Both the position numbers and the translations under genes were made by a program. The notes under the pieces were generated by a model. That model worked only from the letters and a program-made list of their open reading frames with translations. It ran no database searches and was not told where the DNA came from. Below, piece after piece: positions 40,195 through 53,017 of a stretch of DNA of 64,000 bases. The DNA is from Octopus vulgaris (lineage: Eukaryota), in the NCBI GenBank assembly GCA_951406725.2, contig OX597818.1, positions 112,716,001 through 112,780,000 of the forward strand, written 5' to 3'. Numbering within the stretch: position 1 is the first letter of the stretch; the number at the start of each line of letters is the position of its first letter.

Positions 40195-40534
40195 GTGTGC
40201 GTGTAATACTATGTGTGTGTGCGTGTGTGTTGTGTGTTGGGTGGTGAGTATTTATATGCGTATGTGTGAGTAAACTGTGTGTCTGCTAATGTCGTAGGCA
40301 GAATTCAGCAGCATGGTAACAGGTTGGTGGTCTTTTGTGAAGTTGTGTGTCCCTTCACATGTGCATAGAGGAATGGTCCGTAGAAAGGCCTTTACACTTG
40401 TAGTTTGAAGTATGTGTATGTGTGTGTATGTATGTGTGTGCCTGTATGTGTATGTTGTGTGTATGTGCTTGTGTGTGGTGTATGTGCATGTGTGTGCTTT
40501 TGTGTGTGTATGTGTGTGTGTGAGCTGTGTTCTG

Positions 40535-40830
40535 TAGGCGTGGTTGCGTGTTAAGTAGCTTGCTTACCTACCAAACAATATATATATACGGATTTCTTTC
40601 AGTTTCTGTCTTACAAATCTCTCTCTATATATATGTATGCATATGTGTGTGCGTCCCCACCATCGCTTGACAACCGATACTGGTGTGTTTATGTCCCCGT
40701 AACTTAGCGGTTCGGCCGAAATAACAAGTACTAGGCTTACAAAGAATAAGTTCAGGGATCGATTTGTTCGACTAAAGGCGGTGCTCTAGCCTGGCCGCAG
40801 TCAAATGACCGAAACATATAACAGAATAAA
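40535..40830 (+). mobile_element. SINE family B, rearranged
   Basis: Head fragment, a short inverted core piece, and the 3' half with tail. Confidence 0.75.
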
Positions 40831-41049
40831 ACAATATATATATACGTACATATGTATACACATGAATGTATACACGTATGTGTGTGTTCTTCATTTGTGT
40901 AGTGTCGCTTTGTCATTTCTGTTTCCTAAGGTCTAAATATTTATTTTTGTTTAATTAAGTTATTTTTTTGAAGCATATTCTGTCTCCTCATCAAGACAAT
41001 ACGCCACATTTTATTCAATGTTATTCTGTTCGATTGCGTCTATATTCCA

Positions 41050-41356
41050 TCATTTTCGAAATGTAACGACGCTTGACCAATCAGCTTAAAATATTGTTTG
41101 ATTATTTGCCAGGAGTTTCGAACTGCAGCAATGTTAAGATGCATTTAATATATTTTGTCAGGGATATTAGATTGAGAATAATTCCTGCTTTTGAATCTCT
41201 AAAGTATCAAATAGGCTTCTATAATTGTACAAGAAATCTGACACAATGTGTGGAGCAATATGACAAACATTACAGTTTGGATAGAATTTACTAGAAACTA
41301 AAATCATTAAGTCGTAAAAATTTGGCAGTATAAGCATGCAGGACCATAAATGGTAG
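41050..41356 (+). pseudogene. Decayed MAM/LDLa remnant
   Basis: IIFE, VRDIRL, IGFYNCTRNLTQCV and WQYKHAGP, then a donor-like AG|GTGAGA near 41356. Confidence 0.35.
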
Positions 41357-41857
41357 GTGAGAATGATGGAATATAAAACAAAAACTATTTGGTATCGTGC
41401 GTAGGTTCGACGGCAGAGTGGACTATGTAGGAGCAATACTCAGAGTTAAAGTGAATATTCTGGTGGTGAAGCAGTATATTCCAATCCAATGCATATATAC
41501 ACATGTACAGAGGTTGCATGGCCGTTGACCACTCATGAGCTCTTCCGCCTTTTGACAGGTTTTATTTCTCCTCCTGCAGTGTGTCCAGCAATCACTCTCC
41601 TCACCAAGCAAGCTTCATGGGTTCGTTTGCCAGTTTAGTCGCCGACCATGCAACAAATTGCACTGGGTTACATGTTTCCAGCAGCGTTGAAGAGCGACCT
41701 CAAATATATCTATATCTATAACTATATATATATATATGTATATATATAAATATTGATAAAAATGGTAAGACAACAAAAGAAAGAAAGAGACCACGATATT
41801 ATGTAACTAGAAGAATTTACCTGCAAATGTAATATGTGACAATTATTCGGTAGCCAT

Positions 41858-41918
41858 AATAAAACTCCGAGTTTCGGATGCCGAGGTGGAAATCCACGTC
41901 GCCATCTCTTCAGTTATC
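41858..41918 (-). ncRNA. Type I hammerhead ribozyme motif
   Basis: Minus strand GATAA-CTGAAGA-[GATG G CGA C GTGGA TT TCCAC C TCG G CATC C]-GAAA-CTC G GAG-TT-TTAT. Intact core, long stem II, GUU triplet. A decayed mirror copy sits at about 41924-41981 within the inverted repeat 41832-42007. Confidence 0.8.
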
Positions 41919-42000
41919 CGGCCACTGGAAAAGATTGTGGCGTGGATTTCCACATTGGCATCAGAAACTCGGCGTTTTATCATAGCTACCGATTAATTGT

Positions 42001-42055
<55 letters not shown>

Positions 42056-42117
42056 TGTTGTGTCTGGGGAGAGTCATTCACTTTTAGTGCCTTATTATAA
42101 GGCACCAAATCCCAAAA

Positions 42118-42166
<49 letters not shown>

Positions 42167-43042
42167 TATATACATATATACACGCACATATATGTATATA
42201 TGTATGTACACGAAATTGAAAGAGCTCATGTTTCTACCTTTGTAAACACCCACGATATCCTTTAATGCATTTGCCTAAATTAATGAAAAACATATATTAA
42301 CCGTAAAAATGATAAAGCTATATGGTATAGCTATCAATCAAGAACTCCATTCTATTTTATTTAACCTTAAAACCGGGACATGTTGAGTAAATATATTTTC
42401 AATAGAAACAACATTGGTTGTATTGCATTGTTTCATAATTGATACAAAACAAACACACGCACCCCCACACACACAGACACACATACGCACGCACAAACAC
42501 ACTCGCAAACACACAAAAGAACTAGAAAAAGCTATACGTCCTAGAAAGCAGGAAGACAGATATAAATATTAAGAAATATGGAATTTTGAAAGCATATGAA
42601 ACAAAAATATAATTTATGCTATAAATCGAAATGGAAATTTAGAAGAGCAAAAACTCTGAGGCTGAATTTTAAGAGATTACAGAAAGAATACACAGGTTTC
42701 TTTATATAAATTTATTTGAAATCAAAGGACATAAATATATTCAGATAAAACATACAACTTAAATTAATATGATGCATAAATTACCATTAGAGATAAAAAA
42801 TTATGCATAAAGTTTATGTTTAGTATACAGACATTCAAAACATACAAATATGAATAGATACATCCCCCCCCACACACACACATGTATGTAGATGAAGTAT
42901 TGAGTCTTTATTTAAACTTATAAAAGTAAACTTATGCCAATTTGAAATAAATCCAAATACTCATTCTCAGTCGGTTGTAAACATTAAATAATAGAAATAC
43001 GAAAAAAATAAATAACGTATATGTTAAGAATGAAACCACTGT

Positions 43043-43146
43043 TTTACTCTTTTACTTATTTTCGTCATTTAAATGTGGAGCACCGCCTCGAGCCGACCAA
43101 AGCCTTGTGAGTGGATCGGGTAGACGGAAACTGAAAAACGCCCGTC

Positions 43147-43235
<89 letters not shown>

Positions 43236-43460
43236 TGGGTGTGTGTGTGTATGTTTGTGTGCCTGTGTTTGTCCGCCCAACATCGCCTGACAACCGATGC
43301 TAGTGTGTCTACTTCTCTGTCATTTAGCGGTTCGGCAAGAGAGACAGATAGAATAAATACTAGGCTTACAAAGAATAAGTCCTGGGGTCGATTTGCTCGA
43401 CTAAAGACGGTGCTCCAGCATAGCCGCAGTCAAATGATTGAAATAACTTAAAGAATAAAA
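43043..43460 (+). mobile_element. SINE family B lacking its head, with an inverted tail copy at the 5' end
   Basis: 43043-43087 is a reverse-complement tail joined at GCCT to the forward body. Confidence 0.75.
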
Positions 43461-43604
43461 GCAAAGAACCCATATAGATAGATCTATGCAACTGTACAAA
43501 TGTACGGAGCGGTAAATACAATAACTCAAGTCATTATAATTAAGAACTCATCAAGACCAGACACACACAAACGCACACGTAAACACACTCATACACATAA
43601 ACAT

Positions 43605-43644
<40 letters not shown>

Positions 43645-44246
43645 CCTTTATGTTACTTACGATCATCATAAATCTACCGAACCCTGTATCGATACGTGTT
43701 TCCCTCTGGCCACATCAAGTAAGCATTGCACTTCAAATACGTTCAGATATTAGGCAGTAAGTCAATCATACCATTTTTGCTCCATTAAGAAATTTTCAAT
43801 TAGCTTACATATTTACCCACGCAAAGTATCGAAACAAACCATTAAACCATAATTCTATCTTTGGTATAGTTTCTTTTTTTTCCTTTCTGAGAATCATTCC
43901 CTCCAACTCAATATATATTTATAACTACTACATCCAGATTAAATCTCCTCATTGATTTAGTTTCTCTTTCTAGACACTATTCTACTTCAATCTGTTAAAA
44001 TTTCGTCACATCAAACTCAATAGTTTCATATTTGTTACTTCTATGTATGCATTAGTTTTTCTGTTCGACAGCTTAAAGAGCTAACTCGCTCAAACTTCCA
44101 AAGCAATATCTACTTTTATTTTTCTTACACATATATATGTGTATTTTATATTATACATATACGTATACACACACTCACACACATATAGTATAATACAATA
44201 CATACACAACACACACATATGTATAATATGTATAAATATCTATCTA

Positions 44247-44280
<34 letters not shown>

Positions 44281-44589
44281 CATACATACATACATATATA
44301 TATATTTACATAGACATACTTGCGTGCACATGTATCTATATATCTATATATATATGTGAGTGTGCATGTGCATTTGTATAAATATATACACACACATACA
44401 AACACACACATTTATATAGTTACATAGATATATGTATATACATTATATACATATCTATACATACATAGGTATGTGTGTGTGTATGTGTGTGCGTCTGTGT
44501 GCGTGTGAGTGTGTGGATAAAACTGAATAACTATTATCTACATTTGACTGATAAAGCAGAGGGAAATATTGATCGATGATAGAAAAAGA

Positions 44590-44700
44590 AGAGATTATGG
44601 TGCTGATATTGTCGATAAGATTACATTTCATAGTTCCCAGGAGAAAAATTGCATTTCGTTCTGTGCCAATTTGCAGATATTTTGCTTTTTAGTCTTTGCA
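44590..44700 (+). pseudogene. Decayed MAM C-terminus / LDLa remnant
   Basis: In frame RDYGADIVDKITFHSSQEKNCISFC (cf. GDIAVDDITF and N.NCIS). Confidence 0.4.
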
Positions 44701-45204
44701 GTATAGAATAAGGTCGTAGAATTTGTCAGAAGGATAACAAACATATTTGACTAAGGCTATAGGTACATAGAAACAGTATATATAATTTTAGCGATAAATC
44801 AATAAATATTGATTTATGTCTAAATACAAAATAATACTAGCATTACCAACTATACAAATACTACAGAATTTACATCAAAATGCTTTTCTGCACTTGGAAG
44901 TTATTCTAAACCTATGAAAGAATAAAGTAAATATAAAATGGAGATATGCTGTGCGTTGATGATAAAGAAATCTTTAACGACTTTGTTTAATTTTATCATA
45001 AATATTCATTTGTATAGCTGTGATAACTTTGAATAAATTTCTAATACAACTAATTGGATAACTCACCATTCAGGGAATTGTTTGGTATTCGAGTTGTATC
45101 CAAATGTGGAGGGTTAAACATTTAAACTACCGACGCATGAAATGCCGCTCGTTCGATACCGAAAGAATCATCGTGTTTGCTCCCACTTAAATAAAAAAAA
45201 AGGA

Positions 45205-45478
45205 ACTCCGGCGGTTAAAACGGCGAGTGGGGTGGAGTTGATTAACAAAACAACTGGCTCGTGAAATTAACGTGCAAATGACGGGGCTCGCTACAGACAT
45301 GGAATATCAGCTTCACGAAAAAAAGGTGACAAAGTTGGCCCTTTGTATTACAGGATGAGTAGATAGGAGCAATGTGAAATTAAGTGGCTTGCTCAAGAAC
45401 GCAGCGAGACAACAGGTATCGAACTCATTATTGTAAGACAGTGAGCCAAATATCCAAAATACTAAGCAGGCATCTTCA
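45205..45478 (-). mobile_element. SINE family C, diverged
   Basis: Reverse-complement similarity to 23538-23830 (CTCGTGAAATTAACGTGCAA, GGAGCAA, TTGCTCAAGAAC). Confidence 0.65.
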
Positions 45479-45593
45479 CTCTTAATTCTGCACGGACATA
45501 ATAAATTTATGTCAGGAAGAAATCTGCATGAGACAGGATATCTTATGTACAAAACAACATCCACTGACTGGCATACTTATATTTGGTGGCACA

Positions 45594-45839
45594 TAGCCCC
45601 TTGTGGGTAGTAAAGAAATATATGTTTGGTGGAAGAAGGCGGAGAGCTGGCAGAAACCTTATCACGCCGGGCGAAATGCGTAGCCGTATTTTGTCTGCCG
45701 TTACGTTCTGGGTTCAAATTCCGCCGAGGTCGACTTTACCTTTCATCCTTTCGGTGGCTCGATGTAATCGACTTAATCCGTTTGTCTGTCCTTGTTTGTC
45801 CCCTCTGTGTTTAGCCCCATTGTGGATAATAAAGAAACA
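45594..45839 (+). mobile_element. SINE family A with TSD-like flanks
   Basis: Consensus match. TATATTTGGTGGCA occurs on both sides. Confidence 0.8.
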
Positions 45840-46064
45840 TATATTTGGTGGCAGTAAGCCGTAGGGGGGGGGGAATGTGTGGAAAATCTTCAAGAATTTT
45901 TAAGGAAAGGACCACAGAAAAAAAACAAAAGAACCGCCTCAAAGTTAGTAGTCGGCAAATACTATAAAGGAACTTTTGGAAATCCCATAACATACATGGC
46001 CCAAGGATGAAGCATGAATTTTGTTTCCCTGGGCGTTGGGCAATATATATATACAGACAGATTT

Positions 46065-46101
<37 letters not shown>

Positions 46102-46165
46102 CATTTTTACCTTTCTTCTTCTAACTTCCTCCATCTTCCCTTCTTTGGATCTTTCCTTTTCTTAT

Positions 46166-46200
46166 GTTTCTGACGAAGAGCTCCGCTAGAAACGTTAAAC
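46166..46200 (+). ncRNA. Minimal type I hammerhead motif
   Basis: GTTT-CTGACGA-A GAGC TCC GCTA-GAAA-CG-TT-AAAC. Intact core with one stem II mismatch. The module 46099-46225 lies between (TA)n and (GA)n. Confidence 0.7.
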
Positions 46201-46283
46201 CCTCCTTCTTTCCTTCTTTCCTGAAAGAGAGAGAGAGAGAGAGAGAGAGAAAGAAAGAGGTAGATACATATATTTAGACATAT

Positions 46284-46348
<65 letters not shown>

Positions 46349-47298
46349 CATATATTGTTCTTCTTTGTGATTTTACGTATCTTGGTCATTAGAATGCCAC
46401 CACGTTTAACTATTGCCTTGAGGCGTAAACAGTTGGACGTAATATTTATGTCGTTCGATGCTTATGTCAGCGGCAATCTTTTGCCGAGCCGCTAATTTAC
46501 GAGGGCCATAAGCAATACAACATCGATTGGGTTATGCTGATGCATAAATGATAAGTCGCACGCATAAACAGTCTTACATAAATAAGGGATCTCTGCATAC
46601 TTCCCATTACAATGTCATTCACAAAACATTGGTTATCACAAATCTACAGGGAAAGATATTTTATGGGGGTATCATGCAGAATAATTGAATACAGATTCAC
46701 GTGTTGCAAACAAACCTTCTCAACACATACCCAGACCTGTTTATTTATACTTTATGTTTTGTAGCGAGTCGTCAAATATTAATGATTAAAAATGGTATAG
46801 ACTGAATCTTAAACAGGGGGCGATTTTATTGACTAAATATTATAATATGCTACCATAGCGTATTTGCATCTTTAAGAATAAACTAAAAATATTTGTCTGT
46901 ATACGCATACATACACACTCAGTGCAGTTATGTCAGGGCAGCATTATCGTGTGTTTATCCTATCATTTGGAACCTAATATGAAATTTATTCTAATACTTC
47001 TTTTCACCGAAATATAATTTTCGAATCGCAAGTTAGAGGACATAAAGAGTGGCAGCTTAAATACACGCATACACTGCTATAATATTGGAAATTCTGACAA
47101 TATATGAGAATATATCTGATGGTTATTTTACGTTGTAAATTGATGATGTGTGACCTAGCATGACTTTTGTAAATTTATGCTTCAACTTTCATTTTAGCAG
47201 CATAGCCAGTATATGAAATATTATTTATAGTGTTATGTTTTTCTAATACTATTATATATAATAATGCACACAGACATATATACATACTCACACACACA

Positions 47299-47343
<45 letters not shown>

Positions 47344-47416
47344 ATGCACATACATACACACATACACATTCATTTCTTTTTCATACATATTATTTTTGTG
47401 AAGTTTTTACTCTCAG

Positions 47417-47645
47417 TATGTAAACGAAAGTGTCAAAAAAGATCTTTTCTCTCTTTTGGTGCCAGTAAAATTGAGTTTCGTCTTAGTTCCAAGAACTTTC
47501 ATGGCATATTTTACATCGATACTTCCATTTTTATTGTTCATGTTAAAGATATAACGGATCATCAAGAACAAAGAGTTACTCTTCCGATATGTGGCATCGA
47601 AGATGCAACAAGCATCTACCTGGTTATATACAAATATTGCATATT
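47417..47645 (+). pseudogene. Decayed MAM exon with splice acceptor
   Basis: Acceptor TTTTTACTCTCAG. Reads YVNESVKKDLFSLLVP, IVHVKD, and MWHRR / QASTWLYTNI across frameshifts (cf. LW...G.Q...W....I). Confidence 0.4.
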
Positions 47646-47677
47646 TTAATACGTTTTCTTTTGGGGGTGGGGGCCTA

Positions 47678-48300
47678 AGGCGGAGTGCTGGCAGTAGCGT
47701 TAGCACGCTGGGCGAAATGTGTAGCCGTAAGTCGTCTGCCGTTACGTTCTGAGTTCAAATTCCACCGAGGTCGACTTTGCCTTTCATCCTTTCAGGGCCG
47801 ATTAAATAAATACCAGTTACGCACTGGGGTCGATGTAATCGACTTAATCCGTTTGTCTGTACTTGTTTGTCTTCTCTGTGTTTCCCCTTGTGGGTAGTAA
47901 AGAAATAGGTATATCGTCTATCTTTATGTTCTGAGTTCAAATTCCGCTAAGGTGGACTTTACCTTTCACCATTTCGAGGTCAATAAATAAAGTACCAGTT
48001 ACGTACTGGGGCCGATCTAATCGACTGGACCCCTCCACAAAATTTTCGAGCCTTATGCATAGAGTAGAAAAGAATATTTAAGGCAGTGAGCTAGCAGAAG
48101 CGTTAGCACGCAGGGTGAAATGCTTACCGGTATTTCGTCTGTCTTTACATTCTGATTCCAAATTCCGCCAAGGTCGGCTTTGCCCTTCATCCTTTAAGAG
48201 TCGATAAATTATGTACCAGTTGCGTACTGGAGTCGATCTAATTGACTGGCCCCCCTTCCACCCAAAATGTCGGGTCGTGTGCCTAGAGTAGAAAAGAATA
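47678..48300 (+). mobile_element. Cluster of SINE family A units
   Basis: Three core units and two heads. Confidence 0.85.
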
Positions 48301-48557
48301 AGACTTTTGGCTTTAACTATTCGAATAATGCGATGAACCAGCGAATAACATAAAAACGTTACAACCTACTGTAATGTAGGTGATTGGTTTGAGGAAAATG
48401 CATCACAATAAGTAGATACCATGTACATTGCACAAATCTTTCTTCATTTCAAAAAACAGAATAATAATTCATACTATGTTAGTTCACCATTATTCTTTTA
48501 CTGGTCCCTAATTAACATTTATTCGTATTTCGTATGTATCTATATAATTTCTCCTCG

Positions 48558-48765
48558 GGCGGCGAGCTGGAAGAAACGATAGCCACGCGAAATGTTTAGC
48601 AGTATTCCCTTTGTCTTTACATTCTAAGTTGAAATTCCGCCGAGGTTGACTTTGCATTTCATCCATTCGGGGTCGATAAATTAAGCACCAGTTGCGTACC
48701 TAGGTCGATCTAATCGACTGGCCCCCACCTCCAAAATTTCGGGCTTTGTGCCTAGAGTAGAAAAT
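48558..48765 (+). mobile_element. SINE family A monomer
   Basis: Consensus match. AATTTCTCCT is repeated on both flanks. Confidence 0.85.
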
Positions 48766-49197
48766 ATGTATGTAAATTTCTCCTTATAAATTCCACTCCA
48801 AATTTCATTCCTAACATTAAAAAAAAACTAAGTTCTAAAGTTATGTCATAGAACTTTCAAATTATATATTTAATGCAAACACACTTCATGCCGTTAGCCA
48901 TAATTTTAGGTAATATTCTATTTATTTATTGTTCTTGTTATGTTTCAGAAATGTGGACTGTGTTTCCAAAATATGATTCTGGGAGAACAAATGCCTGGCA
49001 GGTGCAATATTATGCAAGAACGATTGGAAAATAAACGGACACATTTATTTATTTTCATGTATGCACACATACATACACACATACACATGCACACACATAT
49101 ATATATGTCCATATAGGTATACAGAGTGAGAGAGAGATACAGTCATTCACTTATACTCACCTACATACATACATACATATCTGTATATCTATGTGTG

Positions 49198-49408
49198 TAT
49201 GAGGGGGTGTGGAGAAGTTCCTCGCTTTAAGGGTGTCGCGAAATGTCTGGCTGGAGGTCCGGCCCTCCAAGTTCATTTCCATTGCATAGAAAAACCGAAG
49301 GACCGCTGCAATAATTGTGTGAATGTGAGAGGGGAATGTGCTGAATAAAATCATAATTAACTAACCCACCCGTATTTGCCTTTAACCAAAGCCTGGAACT
49401 TTTAGTAT
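49198..49408. mobile_element. Short mariner-type MITE
   Basis: TA|TGAGGGGGTGTGGAGAAGTTCCTCGCTTT on the left and AAAGCCTGGAACTTTT on the right. Confidence 0.45.
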
Positions 49409-50249
49409 ATATGTGTATTTGTGCATGCATGCGTGCGTGTGTATGTATGTGTGAATCATGAGAGACCCGATAGATTTCAGGGCTCAATACGCAAGCATAT
49501 TGTATTATTTGATACATTATAACTTAAAGGGCCAATAGTACTTTACACCAAGTTTCCGATCTTTCAGCAGACCTTCCGAGCCTGTTTTTTTTCTTGAAGT
49601 ATGGGTGGTTTGAATGTATTTCGAAATATGTTACGAGTATTGTGGAGATGACTTTTATCTTTACAACCGACAAGTACAAAGTTTACATTTTCCGATTCGT
49701 TTCTAGCACTGATTGGAATACCCCGAGCGTCTTTAATACAAGTTGACTCCCATAACTTGCCGCTTAAAATTGCTTTGTTTTCCACACGCAAACAAACATA
49801 TGTATGGAGAGAGAAAGCAAAAGAATGAGAGAGAGAGAGAGAAGAGAGTGGAAAGAGAGAGATTTAGTATTCCAGTAAAATTCTGAATATTTTGTTTTCA
49901 GCAATATCTCCGCGTAACCCGAATAACTGAATAAATACTGGGTAGGTAATTTCTAATATTAAGTTATTTTGCTTAGTGACAAAAGTTAAAACTAATTCGA
50001 AATAAATCCTAAATATATGTGTGCAGATCAAATTTGCTAACAAAATCTCATAATATAATATTTTATAGCCGCTGTAGCATGTTGAAAATAAAATTTAAAA
50101 GAAATTATTTATATTTATGTTAGAAATCAATACAGTCTGTTGGAAATAAATGTTTTATAATCGTATTATCTATGGTCTGAGTGTAGGATATCGGTAAAGA
50201 AGTTATAGTTACATAACTTTTCAATGGCTACTTAGACAAACTTAAATAA

Positions 50250-51720
50250 GCTTTGATAGGTTTCGGCTAAAATTTTGCACAGGCCATAAGTTATTTTATA
50301 TTACCAGGATCAAGTTTGGTAATGTCATTTCCCATTCAAATAGATCGTTTTTATTTCCTGAGATGGATACAGGCATTGTTGACTTGTTGGTACCCCTAGG
50401 TGAAATTTATTCCGCTATCTTTTGAAGGTTATGGGATCCTGTTCTGCTTTGATTTGATGTGGGATAATGTCATATAGAACAGGGTTTCTTATAGAAAATT
50501 GTGTTACAGTGTATTTATGAGTTACGAGCGTGAATTGTGTAAGGAGGGTATGGCACGTAGTCCCATTCTTGAATGAATTCTGAATTCGATGCAAGGATCT
50601 TTTAAGCAATGCTGCTGGTGTGTTCTTCAATATTGTGTAAATAATATAGATGTTCACAGTAGTGTTGGAGAAAATGAAATTTCAATGTTTTAAGGCGATC
50701 CCAATACACAAAGTCAGTCATCCCTTTTATTTTACAAGTGATTGTTCGAATAATGTTTCAGTTGTTGTGAGGATATATCAGTATTCTAGGTTTCGCAGTA
50801 CAAAGAAGAGGAAAATAGAAATGATGACAGATTGCTCTATAGACCGGAAATTCTGCGGATCCTGGATTCATTTCGACTTTATTGTGGATGCGAGAACTCC
50901 GGCCATTATTGTTGTTAACAATCACTCAAAACCCTGGATATTATTGAATGCTGTGAGTAGTTCAACTGAAGGAAATGAATATGGTAGTCTGAGTGCATTT
51001 TATGTTCCAAAGTGCACGAGTTCAAATGGTCACTCATTTAACCTTACGTTCTATTTATCCGCCCATATGCTTAGAGCATGCAAATCAGATTGGAAATTAG
51101 TTTGGTCTTCTTCTCCATTTATAATATTTGAAGCTTGGAGTCATCTACGAATATTTTTATTTGGCTGTGATTGATTACGCTTAGATCCGTTTATGTAGAC
51201 GATAAAGAGAAGCGGTTCTACAACAATCTCTTGGAGATGATATATCTGGTGAATTTTTTGGGGCATCAGTCGATTTCATTTACCACAGCATATCGAATTT
51301 TTGTTCATCAGAAAATACTTAATGCGGTGCAGTAGTTTAGCAGGGGTTCCACTGTTGGAAAATTTTGACAGGATGATGTTGTGATCGACTTTGCTGAAAT
51401 CAAGATATACAAATCATAGTTCGAACCTGTTCTCAAATCTTTAACGATATAATTGATGTGATATAAAAGCTTCGAAAGCAGTCTCCACCACTGCAAAGGC
51501 CATACTAACTGGAATTTAGATTATAGCTTTCCAGGAAGCCAATTATCCACTCTTTCAAACACTTTCAAGATATGGGAGGCCAGAGAGATTGGGCAATAAT
51601 TTACTACATGAGACCTGAAATATTGGGATAAGAATATCCCACGTGAATAGCCTGATTGTAAAGAATTCTTCGGGTGGTTTACTTCAGGGTATACAAGATG
51701 GTGTCTGGATTTCTTTCGGT
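50250..51720 (-). mobile_element. Old decayed CR1/L2-group LINE RT
   Basis: Minus strand NYCPISLASHILKVFERV and LYDIIPHQIKAEQDPITFKR. The 3' end has ATGGCC...CCGAAAC, like the younger LINE. Confidence 0.7.
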
Positions 51721-52668
51721 CGAGTAGCAGGGAATCTAGCAAAGCATACCACAGAATAATGCTTGGTTTCACACAGACTCCATGTTAGTAAACAAGTTTT
51801 CTCTGTGTGGATTTCAAAATCTTGTATGGGTCCCCAAAAGCCACATGGAGCCCAGTTCAGAACTACTGTCCTAAACACTGATATCATATAAATGTGTTTT
51901 CGCTCTAGTAAACAGTAAATTTCTGTGTGTCTTGCATTTGAGAATTTAAGAATTAATAAATCTAATAATTTAAGAAAATTAACTCGGTAACCAGAATGTG
52001 TTTTCCCGACTGGAATAAATCGATGCTTTATAGCAACCAATAATTACATATTCGAACATGACTTCAACTTTTGTCATATAAAATACATATAATTTGCTGT
52101 TGGAATGAGATACATTCAGCAGATATTGAAATAATGCTCGACAAATACATTTCATTGTTGAACTCAGATATAATTCCAATATTACGATGATGATGTGGTT
52201 TCTTCTACTGTTATGACGTAGTAATTGAACCCATGATATAATCATATTTCCGAATAATAACGTGGAAGTAAGAACGTGCACTTGTCTTACACAAATTTAT
52301 TTGATATTTAATAAGCTAACCTGAGGGTAATTTAATATAATAAAATGCTCGTGATATGAATACCTATACATGTGAAGACAGTAATTATTTAGTGTGTATT
52401 ATTTAATTTTCTTAAAACGTAGTAAATAAGACTGTATGTGACATTCTGAATTCTAGTTGATAAAGTAAGAAACATGGATAGTAAATGTTATGTAGGAGGA
52501 TAAAATAAGAATGTTTAGATATTTAGACGTTTGACGTCGTGAGGCAGAGAGTGAGGAGAGAAGATTTGATGCAAAAAATAAACCGATCTCGACAAAGTGG
52601 AAAGGTTATTCATGCTAATTGTTCCAATATCTGTGCAAGATACATACACAAACAAAGACACACACAGA

Positions 52669-52714
<46 letters not shown>

Positions 52715-52770
52715 TATACATATACAAATACATATAAAGAGTACGTGTGCACGTATATGTACATACATAC

Positions 52771-52843
<73 letters not shown>

Positions 52844-52983
52844 TGTACATATACACAAATATACACAACGAAAGACGTACACACATTCACCTCGAGCATG
52901 TAGTTCAATGGAGCAGCGGAACTGAACCTAGAACAATGTGGTCGGGAAATAAGCTTATATCCACTCAGCCACATAAATATAGA

Positions 52984-53017
<34 letters not shown>

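Noticed and set aside
47230-47649. Cadherin-like reading (IEFRLSSKNFHGIFYID), suggesting a protocadherin
   Set aside because: Lacks DxD, LDRE and DxNDN motifs. Alternative frames fit MAM, consistent with neighbouring remnants.
50650-51174. 174-aa + strand ORF
   Set aside because: Antisense to a decayed LINE RT.
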